A stretch of DNA of 61,926 nt, filler included, from Sluysia triapertura (taxonomy: Eukaryota), in NCBI GenBank assembly GCA_046118255.1. It is 5 parts of 5 records of this genome, joined end to end, with 100 filler letters (N's around TTAATTAATTAA, not from the genome) between each part and the next. Parts side by side here need not be neighbours in the genome. Positions count along the whole stretch, not along the records: positions 24,358 to 36,570 come from JBJNIA010128629.1; positions 36,671 to 48,896 come from JBJNIA010127852.1; 3 more parts are not named here. One strand, given 5' to 3'. A program made the translations under genes and the position numbers. Below are positions 26,803 to 39,779 of this stretch, in pieces; within the stretch, counting starts at the first letter, position 1; each line of letters starts with the position of its first letter. The notes under the pieces are model-generated. The model saw only the letters and a list, made by a program, of their open reading frames with translations, ran no database searches and was not told the origin of the DNA.

Positions 26803-29354
26803 ATCTAAAATAAAATTATAAATATATCTAAACTACGGAAATTAATCATACTAGTAACATGTTTAGTCCGCTGATAATCACCTCTCTCATCTGTATTAAC
26901 ATCATATTATTATTGTATCTTTTCCATTTATAGTATTACCTGTTACTTTTCGAAATGATGGAATATGATATTATAAACATTATTAGTGTATTAGGAAACC
27001 ATCTGAAAAATAAGTCCGTCACCTTATGTAGTTAGAGAAATTTTTCTTTCAAGAAGCTTGTAAAAGTTTAATGTTTTCATTCTCTTCTGAAAATTCAGTA
27101 CACACAGCAACATCTAACTTTAGAAGTGTCAGTGAAAATTAGTGAGCAAACTAATTCTAATTTAAGATTAACACAAATAACACCAAATTGTTTGAAAATA
27201 ACTCGTATTAATTCACTAAAGGAACTAATTGTGTTGGTACAGATCTTTTAAAAAAATTAATTGTTTCGTGATATTTGTCAGGAAATTATAAAGATTGTTC
27301 TTCTTTTGTGGTTATATGTTTGTGCTAAAAAAGATAGATAAATTTGCTTTTTGTCGATCAACAATTTACTTAGATAAAAATTACATTTTTAAAGTTGAAA
27401 CTATTTATGTTGTTTGTTTTGCTTTTCGTTTTTTTAAATAATAATAATTAGAAAATAGAAAACTCAAAATTTTTACTTCCAAATGGGATAAAATTTAAAT
27501 TCTTTTGAAAAAGAAACATGATCGGTTCACAAAAAGTGAAATCAAAGCTTATATAAACGAAAGAGCAAATTGATCATACAAAATACAAAGATGATCATAG
27601 AAATGCTGCTATTTTTCAAGAACAAGAAAGAAAAGCTGAAATTTTAAATGAAATGAATGCCATAAATAAGCATAAAGACAAAGTGGATGCTTCATTTGAT
27701 GCATGTGATGTAAAATTGAATCTTAGTATAATTCAATTAGACGAGGCTAGTTGAAAAACTGATATCAGTGATAGAATATTGCAATATGTGCATTTCTATA
27801 AAATTTAACCACAGAGTAGAATTAGAAGATTCTGAAGAAACTGATCTAACGTCAGAATAGGATCTATACAACGTAATAACTCTTCAGATAAATACTCATC
27901 ACGAATCCTTCGATATGATCAGCGCTATCATCATACGTCATTCTAGAATGTTGTATTCAAATGAATCTCGACGACTCTTCTTTTCCATCTGCAGAATGAT
28001 AGACAATATTTAGCTATGAAAATTCAAAATTCTTGGAACTAATACCGTTACTACCATATTTTAAATTACGCAAACTGAAAGCGTGCGAACTTCCATTAAT
28101 GCATCAATGTAGAACCGGATATACCATGGTCATTGATTTAGAAATTATAGATTATGCTTTTTTTAATTTTTAGAAAATTCTTACTTCAGAAATTAGAAAT
28201 ACAATTTTATATGTGCAAGAATTTAAAGTTAAACATCTATGGTTATAGACATTTTATATTCATCATATTCATGTGTGATCAAGTTTCATTTTAAAATCAA
28301 CTTGGATTTTTATGTTGACTTTTGTTTTAAAGCTAAATTTTATCATATGAATAATGTGAAAGGCCTTAAGCCGATTTTTAATGTTTGGCAACTACTAAAT
28401 TTGAATAATAAAAAGGACCTTAAGTCCATGTTTAATAGTTTCATTTCTTATAATAAAATTTTAAAAGTTAGAACGGGCCTTAAGCCCAATTTTCTTAATG
28501 TTATTTATAACAAAGATTAGGCCATTATAACTAATACTAATTAAACTGACCAAATTACTGGACTTTATCTCTGCATTGTTGCGTTACGTGTACAACTTGG
28601 TGTCTAACTAATTGTGTCTAAATTAAAATTTCATTGTCTATTTATACCAATTTGTTAATTGATAGTCATATTTTAATTTTTTAATACATTAAAAAAATTT
28701 CTTCTAGATTTTTCTAATCTTTTTAATTAATTTAATCTAAATATAACGTTAATAAAATTTTAATTATAATTTTTATAGTTTTTTAATTTTAAATAAATTT
28801 TTAATAATTTATACTAATTTTACAATAAATAATAAATTGTATGTGCAAATAAAATGAATAAAAAATATTTATAAATAAATAAATAATGTATTTGGATGTA
28901 CAACCTTCACAATTTTGTTGATCGACCAATTTGAATTGAATTTATTTTATGGTAAACATTAATTTTAGAATATTTATTATTTTAAAATGTAAGCAAAATC
29001 CCTTTATTAACGTTTAATGAGGACGAAATCCATTTATGAAATGAATCAACAATAAAAATTACAAGCTTAAGTTCTCAAATTTAAATGCTATTTTTATTGC
29101 GGTTGAATCATTAATTATATTAATTTATATTAATTTAATTAATTAATATAAATTAATTATATTAATTTATTTCAGAATTAAGCCATTCTTGCCATTATTG
29201 ATAGCATCTAAGTAATATCTACCTTAAGAATATAATTGCGAAACATAGAATCTACGTAGCACAATTTTTTCTACGGCCACAGATGTGCCTACGAAACGTC
29301 ATAAGTCATGGATTGTAGCCAAACTCAATAAGTACCTAATTTTGCTCGTGTTAC

Positions 29355-29357
<3 letters not shown>

Positions 29358-29413
<56 letters not shown>
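29358..29413. repeat. (TAT)n microsatellite
   Basis: Direct inspection. Confidence 0.9.
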
Positions 29414-29414
<1 letters not shown>

Positions 29415-29974
29415 CTTTATAATTATAGTAATAATTATTATAGTCTTTATTATTATTATTATATTTGATTATTATTGTTACACAATTATACTTAATTGTA
29501 TTGGCAACTTAACAATTTGAATATTATGTAGTCGTGTATAAAATGGGAAACACTTCTGAGGAAGCAGTTGCTTCAGCAATCAAATATAAATCTTAAGCAC
29601 AGCTTGCGATAATATATTTTTCATGTAGTCATAAGGCAGGTCGGGATAATTGCATACATATAAGATTTAATAGTCATGTTTTATTTATTAGATTTATATT
29701 ATCAGTGTGAAGTTTTCTTCCAATTAAGTTTGTTTTTTCGAAGAACAGCAACACTTCTTAAACTATTACTTGTAGTGATAATTCGATTGCTTATTGCTAA
29801 AGTTTATAGATTTTAATAACAATTTTGAATTTTTTTAATTGTGATATGTCTAGAATTTTCAAAAATACATATTTAATATCGCATTTTCTCTCTAGTTTAT
29901 TCTTCGGAAAAGATAACAAAAACTACGAATTTTGAATATTCATTTTATATATTTCAGTGAATCATAGCTTTTCA

Positions 29975-30864
29975 TGTTAAATATTGGTCTTGAAGTTCGA
30001 CTTTTTAATGAATCTGTAACATAACATTCATCTATCTAATCTTTCAAAATTTTAAATCAAATCTAAAATCCATTTCTTAAAATAAAATTAAATTATCATT
30101 GAGATTATAATGCTTTTATAGTAATTTAAAAGAGGATTTAATAGAACTAGTATAAATTTAAAATTTAGTAACAAATAACAACCAGTTTTAAATGGAAATG
30201 GTATAAATAATCATTTTAAAATTTGATACTATAAGATAATATAAAATTAAAATTTAAAAATAGTAAACTCTATTATCATAGACAAGAAATCATTTTAAAT
30301 TAAGAATCAATAACAGTGATATGAAATAAAAATTTAAGAACATAGAATCAGATTAGAATCATCTTAAAAGCACAATTCAGAATACTATAGTATGTAATTT
30401 AAAATAATATTAAATTGAGATTGAATAAACTATTGTGTAATTAAAAATTAGCAACGTTATTCTCAATCAAAATTAACCTAAATTAAAAAATAAGCAGAAT
30501 AGGCAAAAATTATCTTAAGAATGAACATAAATTATATGTAATCAAAAACTTAATAACATATTACATATTTATCATTAACAAAATTATTATTATATTACAT
30601 ATTAACATTTATTACTTACTCTATCAACAAAATTATTATTACTTATTCACTGTTTTACATATTTTGGATGATAACAATATTTATTAACCAAATTAATGCT
30701 ATGTACTGTTAGACTTCCTAAAATGGACTGACCGGGGATCGAACCCGGGACCATCGCTGCGCAGTTCAACTGCTCTACCACTGAGCTATCAGCCCCTCTA
30801 ACAATTTCATTTTCAATATATTCAATTATACTACTTGGCACTTTATAGGCCTTTTACCCCAACA
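29975..30864 (-). mobile_element. LTR-like element carrying a tRNA-like cassette (copy 2)
   Basis: Revcomp starts TGTTGGGG; shares 5' leader and cassette with 1712-1862; body aligns with ~49670-50195; ends TAACA. Confidence 0.55.
30724..30795 (-). tRNA. tRNA-like Pol III cassette (Ala-type acceptor), non-canonical anticodon arm
   Basis: Fully paired acceptor GGGCTGA/TCAGTCC (G3:U70), D stem GCTC/GAGC, T stem CCGGG/CCCGG, TTTT terminator; anticodon arm 4 bp with a 10-nt loop. Confidence 0.75.
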
Positions 30865-31928
30865 ATAAAACTACTCTACAAGCAGTTACATTGTTGCAAG
30901 AGATTTAGAAGTGAAAAGCGATAGAGACAAGAATTAAAAAAATTAAAGAAAATTTTCTAGCTGTAGGTACGCTGCCTTAATTCATCTGTGATCAACGGTT
31001 ATATCAGGGTTTATTCTTTAGTAATTGATTAAAATAAGTATTTAAAATGAGAGGAATAAGGGTTAGTGAATTATTTTACATTGATTATATTTTGTATTAA
31101 TACGCGTGCGAAAATTTAAATAGGTTGTGTCACCTCTGGTTAATATTTGCCACTGAAGAATAATTCATATTTTTACAAAGAATATTTTAGTTGTAATCTT
31201 ATGATAATATAAAGAATATATCGAGATTTTGAATTTATTTAGAAATTGAGTTCTAATTTAATAATTTGGGAAAATAAAAGTATCAAAAGACGCAACACTA
31301 TTGAAGTTGCAACAGATTGTTGAATTGGGATTTCAGTCTAAGGACTCTTAGATGGAAAATTTTAATTTTACTTTAGTAAGTCTTTTTATTGTTAAGGACA
31401 GTTCTATTCACATAATCTTAAAATACATAAATTCTTTGAAACCGAAAATTTCTCAACTCCGATATAATCAGGGGAAAATTTTATCATTAAAATCATAGTT
31501 ATTGAAATTAAAATCACTTAGAGGTTTTAATTTTAAATTTCATTTAATAATTTTTCTTATTTTATCTGAATATCGATTATAATATACGTTTGCTATTTTT
31601 TGATTTTGAAAACAGTTGTGTAGAAGTGCTGTAACAAGTTAAGTGTGTATCTTCTTAACTAAATAAATTAAGAATTCAATTTTAGCCGGTTACATAATTA
31701 GACCCTAATTTTTAAACTTGTTAATTTTCGAAAGTTGGTAGTTAAGTTAAATGTTAAAATAGTTACTTGTAGTTGCTCCATAGTAGGAGGAATTAATTAG
31801 TTGGTAATTTTAAATAGCAGGAACACTACTTAAATGGCATTCATTTTAATAGGAAGGTCGACATAAAAGAATAGGACAAAAGTTAAACAAATTGGTATTT
31901 GAAGCCCATCAAGATTAATTATATTAGA

Positions 31929-31962
31929 AAATTCTACAGAAGCGTCTTCCATAGGCGAACCC
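31929..31962 (+). other. Short variant of the AAATCC-stem-GGCGAAC motif
   Basis: AAATTCTA...TAGGCGAACCC. Confidence 0.35.
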
Positions 31963-33105
31963 TAACATTGAATATTATTAATTTGCGACTTAGGAAAAAG
32001 ATAAAACACTTGCAATTTATGCAAATTACATAATTACTCATTTTTGCAATTAGTTATTTTTGCAATTGATAAATGCAAGTTATAGAGTGTACGAAACCAT
32101 TAGATTATATTTCATAAATAAAGGTAAGATTTTACTTAGTTTCATTATTCATCGTACACTACTTCATAAACGTCAATAAAACACGAAAAACGAATACCAA
32201 CAGACACAAACAAATACTAACTATCAAGACGGATATAAATAAACAAGTACATAGTATGAAAAATAATGCATGGTAAAAATAAACAAACAAAACGATATGT
32301 ACTGCAATTAAGTAGTATATGTAAATAATTATGGAATTAAATTGGTTAGAAAATGGAATATTGATTATAGGGAAGATCTTACATGATGAAAATTAAATAA
32401 TTATTGACTACAGGTTCTGAACAGAAAAAAATTTCATTAAATTTTGAATTTTTATAACATAATATTCTAATTTCGATAATATAATATTGTAGTTTTCTTT
32501 TGACAAAAATTTTTTTACTGTATCGAAAGTAAGTAGAGTGTGTTATATAAAAGAAGTGAAGATAACCTTATTAAATATTTTCTTAAGTGTGACAAATTTT
32601 TAATCTTCGTTTAAGTATTATTTATTGCTATTTTATCAAATAAATATTTCATAAAGAGCTTCGGATGGTAACTCAAACTAAATTTAGCACTTCCATCTTT
32701 GACGATCACGAGACAAAATGAAAGTACTCACGATAACATAGTATCAAATATGTAAATTAAAATAAAGCAAGTTTTAACAAATTTTAAACAAAACTATTAA
32801 TTAATTTTACATTTCTTTCAAATCAAGAAATTGAATTCCGAAAATTTCATAAAATTATAACTTTAATTACTCTTAATTTTGGAATTTTTAAATGTCTTTA
32901 TTAACAATACCTTAATTCTTCTCAAAAAACGAATGTTTTCAATTAAATTTTAAACATAAAATAAGTTATTAAAGCATGTAACAAACTAAAAGCAATTAAA
33001 ATTAATTCCTTAAATTTAGTATTAAGTAAACACAATTTATTTTAAAAAATAATTTTAAAAATAAAATAAACATAAATTGTATAAAAAATTAAAGTAAAAA
33101 ATAAT

Positions 33106-33445
33106 TCAAGCAACTAAACTTGGAAAGAGATATTCAGAAATTTTGAAATTAGCTACATATAAACTGAATATTATGAATCCCATTCGTACTAGAAAAAGAG
33201 CACAAGTAATAAACGTTTGTACAAAATTAGATTTTCGTGGATGATGTGCTTCAATGTCAGTGATACGTGAATTTTGACAATTACTAATTACAATTCCAAG
33301 ATCACCACTATTGTTTAAATTTGAATGTAAAATATTATGGCTTCCACTATATGAATGTAATCCATTAATTTTCCTAGTAAATAATTTGTTAATTAATAAA
33401 AATAGCAAAAATTGACCAATATCATTAGTTAGTGACATACTTCAT
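33106..33445 (-). CDS. Small hypothetical membrane protein (~90 aa), exons 33445-33441 and 33373-33106
   Basis: ATG AA|GTATGT...TTACTAG|G splice gives MKKINGLHSYSGSH...FVQTFITCALFLVRMGFIIFSLYVANFKISEYLFPSLVA*; in-frame stop upstream of the ATG; hydrophobic C-terminus. Confidence 0.45.
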
Positions 33446-33955
33446 AATATTGTTAATTTATGGTTATTGATTAATTTAATTTTTCAATATAAGCATGTTA
33501 TTAAATATATATTTCAAAAAGAAAATCTAAATAATAATACATGGTTACTGTATATTTTAGTTAAGTTAAAAGTTAACTAATATACATGAAGCATTATTAT
33601 TTACGATGAATGACGTTGGAATTACAGAGTTAAAAAATGATAAACATAATTGTTTTTCAAGTTGTAACTTTTTGTTAATATTTTTATACTTATATAAAAA
33701 AGATTATTACTTACAGATCAAAGCATAACAAATGATGAAACATGTGCAATTGGCATTATATATTACTATAAACTTAGTACTATATCTGTACTGTATTGAT
33801 AACCAAAGTTTTAACTTTTTATTTAGTGTTTATTTAATAATTATAATTTGAATTACATTGGTTCAAAAATTTTTCGTAATCAATTTTAAGTTTTGCACTT
33901 GAAACAGATGAAAGAATACTCTAGAAGCAGATATACAAAATATTAATTATCCAAA

Positions 33956-34056
33956 TATAGGAGTACAGGCCTAAAGTGTCAAGATAATTGTTAGACGGGG
34001 CATCGAACTGCATAGATGTAAAGCGAGAGGTCCGGAGTTCGATTTCCGATCAAGAC
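33956..34056 (+). mobile_element. Degenerate third copy of the tRNA-cassette element (D arm deleted)
   Basis: GGCCTAAAGTGTCAAG..AATTGTTAGACGGGGC[deletion]ATCGAACTGC..AGCGAGAGGTCCGGAGTTCGATT. Confidence 0.6.
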
Positions 34057-34275
34057 GAGATGTTTCACTATTTTTCAAGATAATGGTATATGGAATAAAC
34101 AAATAATGTCAGTTTATTTCTAGGATATTATCTTTCAATGTATGCATTTAGGGTTACATAAATTAATTTTACATAGATTATGATCATCTTAGAAAGTATT
34201 TCAAGTAAATTTCATACTTTGTGCAGGTTTTAATGCTTAATTTATCTTTTCTCGGAATAAAGAATGAATGTGTGT

Positions 34276-34325
34276 GAGTTCACCAACGTATCTAGACTTA
34301 CCAGTTAGGGGTAGCCGTTGGATTT
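34276..34325 (-). other. Conserved hairpin motif, copy B
   Basis: Revcomp AAATCCAACGGCTACCCCTAACTGGTAAGTCTAGATACGTTGGTGAACTC; perfect CCAACG/CGTTGG stem. Confidence 0.6.
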
Positions 34326-36406
34326 TAAAAGTAAACAAGTGTAGGAGGTCAAGTTGTAATTTCAGGATTTAAACTGGTACAATTAAATTACTTTAATATA
34401 AATTTTTATCGTACAAAAAACTTCTTTTCAAATGAAGTATCTTATAAGTTTTGAAATAATCGTCAGTATATTATTAATTATAATTTTACGTGAAATCCTT
34501 TAAAAGGATTTGTAATTTAAAAGGATTAATTTACGCTTCCGATAAATGTCGGAGAAATATTCTACAGGTATGGATTTTAATTATTTTAAAACTATAGAAT
34601 TTACTTGCATTTCTTTTAAACAGAATTAAAAATGAAATTCATTAACAATAAAACTTTGGTTCAAAAGTTTCTTATATATCACAGAAAGTAAATGCAAAAA
34701 TTTCATATAATGATATAAAAATTTTGCGCTATTAACCTATTTAGTTAATATTCAAAAAGGTAATGTTAATAATGATTTTACGAAAGAACTGTGAGAACCT
34801 AATTTAATTTTATACTTTTAATTTTTTTATAACTTAAATATTTATGTGAACTTAATATTTATGTTTTATTTATTATTTTAATTTCTGTATCAATTATTAT
34901 AGTAATATTTTAAATTTATGATATTTTTATGAAATTGAATTAAATTTATTAAATTAATTATTATTTTTAAAATAAGTCAAAGTTAATTTTATAAATAAAA
35001 TAAATTCAAAATTTAAAATTATTTAAAAATATAACTTTTTGTTTAAACAGATCAATTTGAAAATTTTGTTTGAACAGATTACTTTTATCAATATGAGTAG
35101 AATTTTCAGCAGTCATTTAGACAAATTTGTAGTCTTCATTCGATCATCAGTTATTCAAATCCATGAAAGTAAGACTGTTTATATTAAGTTTTTAAATTTC
35201 ACCTTAACTAGGAGAATTTAAAATATACGTAAAATAAAAATTATTTTTGTATTTAGACCATAGTAAGGTTAAGTTAAATTAATTTTAAAATCAAATCCAC
35301 TAAATTTTTATTTATGTGGTAAAGTAATTAATTATATTATATTCGTGTATAATCTTTGTATAATTTTGTCCTGTGTACTTTTTTAAAGTGTCTGGTAAAT
35401 ATACTTTAAATTTTTATTTTTTCTTTGAATAGATAAAATCATTTTAATAAATAAAATCATTGTTTTTCTGCTAGACCATAATAGGCTAGCTTAATCTTTA
35501 AAATATATTGATATTTGCTGGGCTAGTTCAATCTTTAAAATACATAATTATTTTGTTAGACCGTAAAAATATCATAAAATATCATTTTAACATAAATATC
35601 ATTTTAAATTGAATGTCTTTGTTATAAATAAAGATTACGTGACAGATTTATTAAAAAATTTCATAAATCGCTACTTGATTATTCTTAAGCTTAAATTACT
35701 ATATGCCTAAATTTAAAATCCCAACAGACCGTCTTCGCTCAGATTTAAGCCGTATCTATTAGGCGAGCTGACCTCTAGAATACTTTTTGCAAGCATAAGT
35801 TAAGTCTTTTATAAGTAAAATACTTGCAGAACCTTTAAATGGTTCTACAAATGTATATCAATAATTTAAGTGGATTTTACGAGGTACTAACTTAACAAAA
35901 TAAACTAGCGAATAAGTAAACGCAATATTAATGATTGTCCAGAGATCGGTTCCACAAATTTTTTCTTTCACGATTAAAAAATTATGTTCTGATCAAGTTG
36001 GAAATCAAGAGTTAATTGGTAAATTTAATTCATATTTATACGGATTTTTGAACCGACCTTGTTGACTTTATTTTGTTTTATATTTTGAATAATTTAAACA
36101 ATTAAAATAATTTTGATATTTAAAAATAATTGAAACGATATTATGTTTTTTAACAAAATGATTAATTATCAAAATGATTAATTTTAAAAATATGTAAGAA
36201 TGTAATAGTTTAGCAATAGTGTAGTACTAATAATGTATATTTTGTTAAGTTGTAATGTAATATATTTTATAATATTATGATTTTGTAAATTATGTAATAA
36301 AAATGAAAGCAGTTGTTAAATGAAATATTATTATGTATTAATATTATAATTACATGTATTAATAATATAATTATTAAAAAATATTTATTACTATTATTAT
36401 TATTAT

Positions 36407-36570
36407 TGTTGGGATTAGTGAAGAATAAGGGTTGATAGAAGGGTCCAAACTTAGGATAGCAGTATAAGTGGAACGTTATTAAAGAACTAAAACGAGGCAT
36501 TATGATGAACTGAAATAGTAAGATAACTATAGAGAATATTTTAATCAAAGTAAAATGATGAGAGATACGA
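36407..36570 (+). mobile_element. Possible LTR 5' end truncated by the scaffold end
   Basis: Abrupt TGTTGGG start after (TTA)n, with a composition shift. Confidence 0.3.
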
Positions 36571-36670
36571 NNNNNNNNNNNNNNNNNNNNNNNNNNNNNN
36601 NNNNNNNNNNNNNNTTAATTAATTAANNNNNNNNNNNNNNNNNNNNNNNNNNNNNNNNNNNNNNNNNNNN
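36571..36670. other. Artificial scaffold-joining spacer
   Basis: N44-TTAATTAATTAA-N44. Confidence 0.95.
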
Positions 36671-37059
36671 GTTTTATTGAGGTTCTAAAGTTATTTGATA
36701 GTTTATAAGGCATTCAGGAGGCTCTAGATGTTTTCACCTTCACCTCTACGATTCCCTTTTTCTACTTCTTCGTGTTAATTATTACTATGTTAAACTAACT
36801 TATCTTTATTATTTTGAACAAAGATTTTATTTCTCAATCATTTTAGAGATTTTATACACTTTATAAGGTTACTTAAGGATCTCAAATGCTTATCGATATT
36901 CCAAGAATACTTAAAGGTTGCCAAGGTCTTCAATAATTTAAAAGTTCTAAGGTCCAAAGGTACCTTAATGCTTCTAAAGGTTTTTCAAGTCCATCTCAAG
37001 CTTTCATAAGGTCTCAAACGCTTATATAGGTCTGGAACCATAAGATATTCTTTAGTTGT

Positions 37060-37800
37060 TCAGATTATTATAAATGCTTCCTCTTTCACGATTCTTATGT
37101 CAACAATGTTTATAATGTTCAATCCATTACTTGTATCAGTTTTTCCTTCATTTTATGATTTTATATGTTTTCACTCATCTCGAGATCCACAGTTGGGCAA
37201 TCCCAACAATAATATCTAGTTGATATAGTAGGACATGACTGTGATAACATATTCATTTTAAAATTTTCTTGATTTCTTTGGTCTAAATCTTTAGCTGTAT
37301 TACTACTTGGAATTTCTTCTGTCTCTAAATCATCGACAGATCTTATATTTGAAGAGTGAAAGAAACTGATAATCTTACTATCATTTAGTTCAAGAGTAGA
37401 CATTATATTTTTAACTTGATTAGCCTTTTTTACACAATTTTAAACATTTTGCTGGAATCTTAGTATCTTTATCCATCTTACTAATCGAATAACGGTCTAT
37501 TCGTTCCGAAATCATTTTGAAACTTGAATTATTCGAATTTATAACGCTATTAAAAGATAACGAAGTTGTAGACGTGACTACAGATGATTTTGATATGGGT
37601 ATTTTCGAGGATAATGATTTATAATTTCCAATAAGTTCATCTTTAGAAAGTTTTATTTGTTGAATTTTTTTGACCATACGATTTTGCAGTACTTTTAGAA
37701 GTTATATTTCTTCGTTAAATTTTCATTTATTTAATAATGATTTAATTTCTTGAAATACTCGTTTAGATTTTTTAATCAAATAGCATATATTCAATTATTT
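37060..37800 (-). pseudogene. Decayed N-terminal copy of the unrecognised (RIO2-fused) gene family
   Basis: QENFKMNMLS..RYYCWDC..DLEMSE aligns with QDAYKANMIA..RYAHTAC.ELRISE of the 54k copy; IKLSKDELIGNY aligns with DKIRLDEFISDY of the 41k copy; equivalent ~50-nt GTAAT intron at 37130. Confidence 0.45.
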
Positions 37801-39779
37801 GATGTAAATACAATATTGATTAAAAGTAAAAATCATTCAAATTTGTGTTTACATAGCTCCACCGGCCGAAAGCATAAAAATTTTAGTAAATAAAAATTGT
37901 GATTAACTACAACTGTATGCAGTGTTGTCTCTAATCAATTATTTACCAATGGATCTTGCAGTAGCCAAATTAAAACCTGATTGGTCACTCATTAATTGCC
38001 TTAAAAATTAGGATATCAATTTTAATGTTGATGTCTCCTTTTTAATTAGGTTGGATACATCACATTTAGACAGTTCTGACACTAGCATAATTGATTGGAA
38101 TAGTAATGGCTTCTCAATTTAATCATATAATAATAATCATAATCACAATGATAGTAATAATGATGAAAATAATTAATAATAATAAAAATAAAATAATAAA
38201 ATAAAATTACTAATAATAATACAATAAAATAAAATATTAAAATAATAACAATATAAATTTCTTCTTGTTTCTCTTGTTCTGCTTCACTCTGAAACTCTTC
38301 ATTAGCATCACTTATTGCGGATTGAATCGCATGTTCGACTACATCATCTACGTCTGACTGATAAAATTTATCAGTGGTGCTGGATCACATAAGGCAAATT
38401 TTAATAATTATTTAACTTCGGATAATATTTTTAATAAATTTACACCAAACAAATGGGTATGGCAATTTTATTCCATAATTCTGACAAAAGTTTTTAGTTA
38501 AATTAATAATTTCTATAATAATCATTTAATTTGATGACAATTTTCTCTGTGACGTATTAGCAGCTACTGTATTAATGTGAGATTCTTTACATGAAATGGC
38601 ACTAACAATATCAGATAAAATAATGTTTTATATAAAATTATACATTGTAAAGTGAAGTTAAAGGTGTTAAAAGAAATTCCATTTAGTTTACTTTTATTTT
38701 GAGATTTAAAATGCAAATTTAATTATTTTTGATGTATTGAATGTTTTAAGTGTTGAAAAAATGTAGTTTTTAATGTAGTGTGATGTATTAAAAATTTGTG
38801 TGATCACAATAATAATAATAATAATGCAGAAAATTTTGCCTCCTATTTCTAACAGTAACTGTAAACAACATTTTTGTTACAGTTAACAACAACTCTTATT
38901 GCTGTCCTAATTTAATAAACATTTCATCGTTTATCTATTATGTTCTAAATTTTGATATTCCAAAACTTTGTAATAAATACTTTCTAAGAAATTAGTCTAT
39001 CAAACTAATTTGTATTCTAAAAACTAGAAATAACTAAAGTCAAACTTTTTATTTATCCTTTTAATGCGGATCAAAAGAAACATACAAACAAATTATATAA
39101 TTTTAATCTACTTTAAAATTATCACCTTTTGAATATCTTCGCCGTATAAAACCGATTAATAAAATCAACACTTCTGTAGGCTATGTTTAAATAGAACCAA
39201 AAGCAAAATTAGTTTCGTAATTAAACTCGCTGTACAGCGGACAATAAATCCATTATATAGTTCAGGATTATAAATTTAAATTAATCTCGCTTTAAAGCAA
39301 AGTCATAATGCAGTGAAATTTCCCATTGATTACACAGTTCTTGCCTTCTAAAGTTTCCACAACCCAACTCAACATAGTCAACATTAGCTTTAAAGCCTAA
39401 TTGACCTCCATTATTCTTTTAAATTAAATCCTACGAACTAGCCGTTTTTCGTAATCTTCTTTAATATTGATTTGGCCATTTTATAATTCACTTATACTTA
39501 ATATACATTTATTTAGGAATTATGTGTTGGTTTATATTAATTTGTATTTGTTATATTTCTTTTTAACTTTATTTTAACGAAATAATGAATTTTTTCTGTA
39601 AATAGGTAAACTTATTTACGAATAATGTGTGGCTTGTTACTACATGCATTCATTTGTTTACTTTGTGATTTAATATTTTTTTGGGATATTTATTTGAACT
39701 TATTGAATTTTTTTTACTTACTTTATGATTATTTATGCATTAATTGCACATAAACACAATTTTTACAATGATATACAAT

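Noticed and set aside
30150-30560. CRISPR- or guide-array-like spacing of AATCATTTTAAA/AATTTAAAA motifs next to the tRNA cassette
   Set aside because: Motifs are short, AT-only and irregular; no Cas genes; a TTTT terminator separates them from the cassette; better explained as internal LTR repeats
30647-30841. 64-aa ORF
   Set aside because: Incidental translation across the tRNA-like cassette
34296-34323. Resemblance of ACTTACCAGTTAGGGGTAGCCGT to the U1 snRNA 5' end
   Set aside because: No U1-70K loop, U1A loop or Sm site follows; it is the antisense of the hairpin motif
39340-39400. YVELGCG resembling SAM-methyltransferase motif I (minus strand)
   Set aside because: Short open stretch bounded by stops, with no further methyltransferase motifs and no counterpart downstream of the 52k copy
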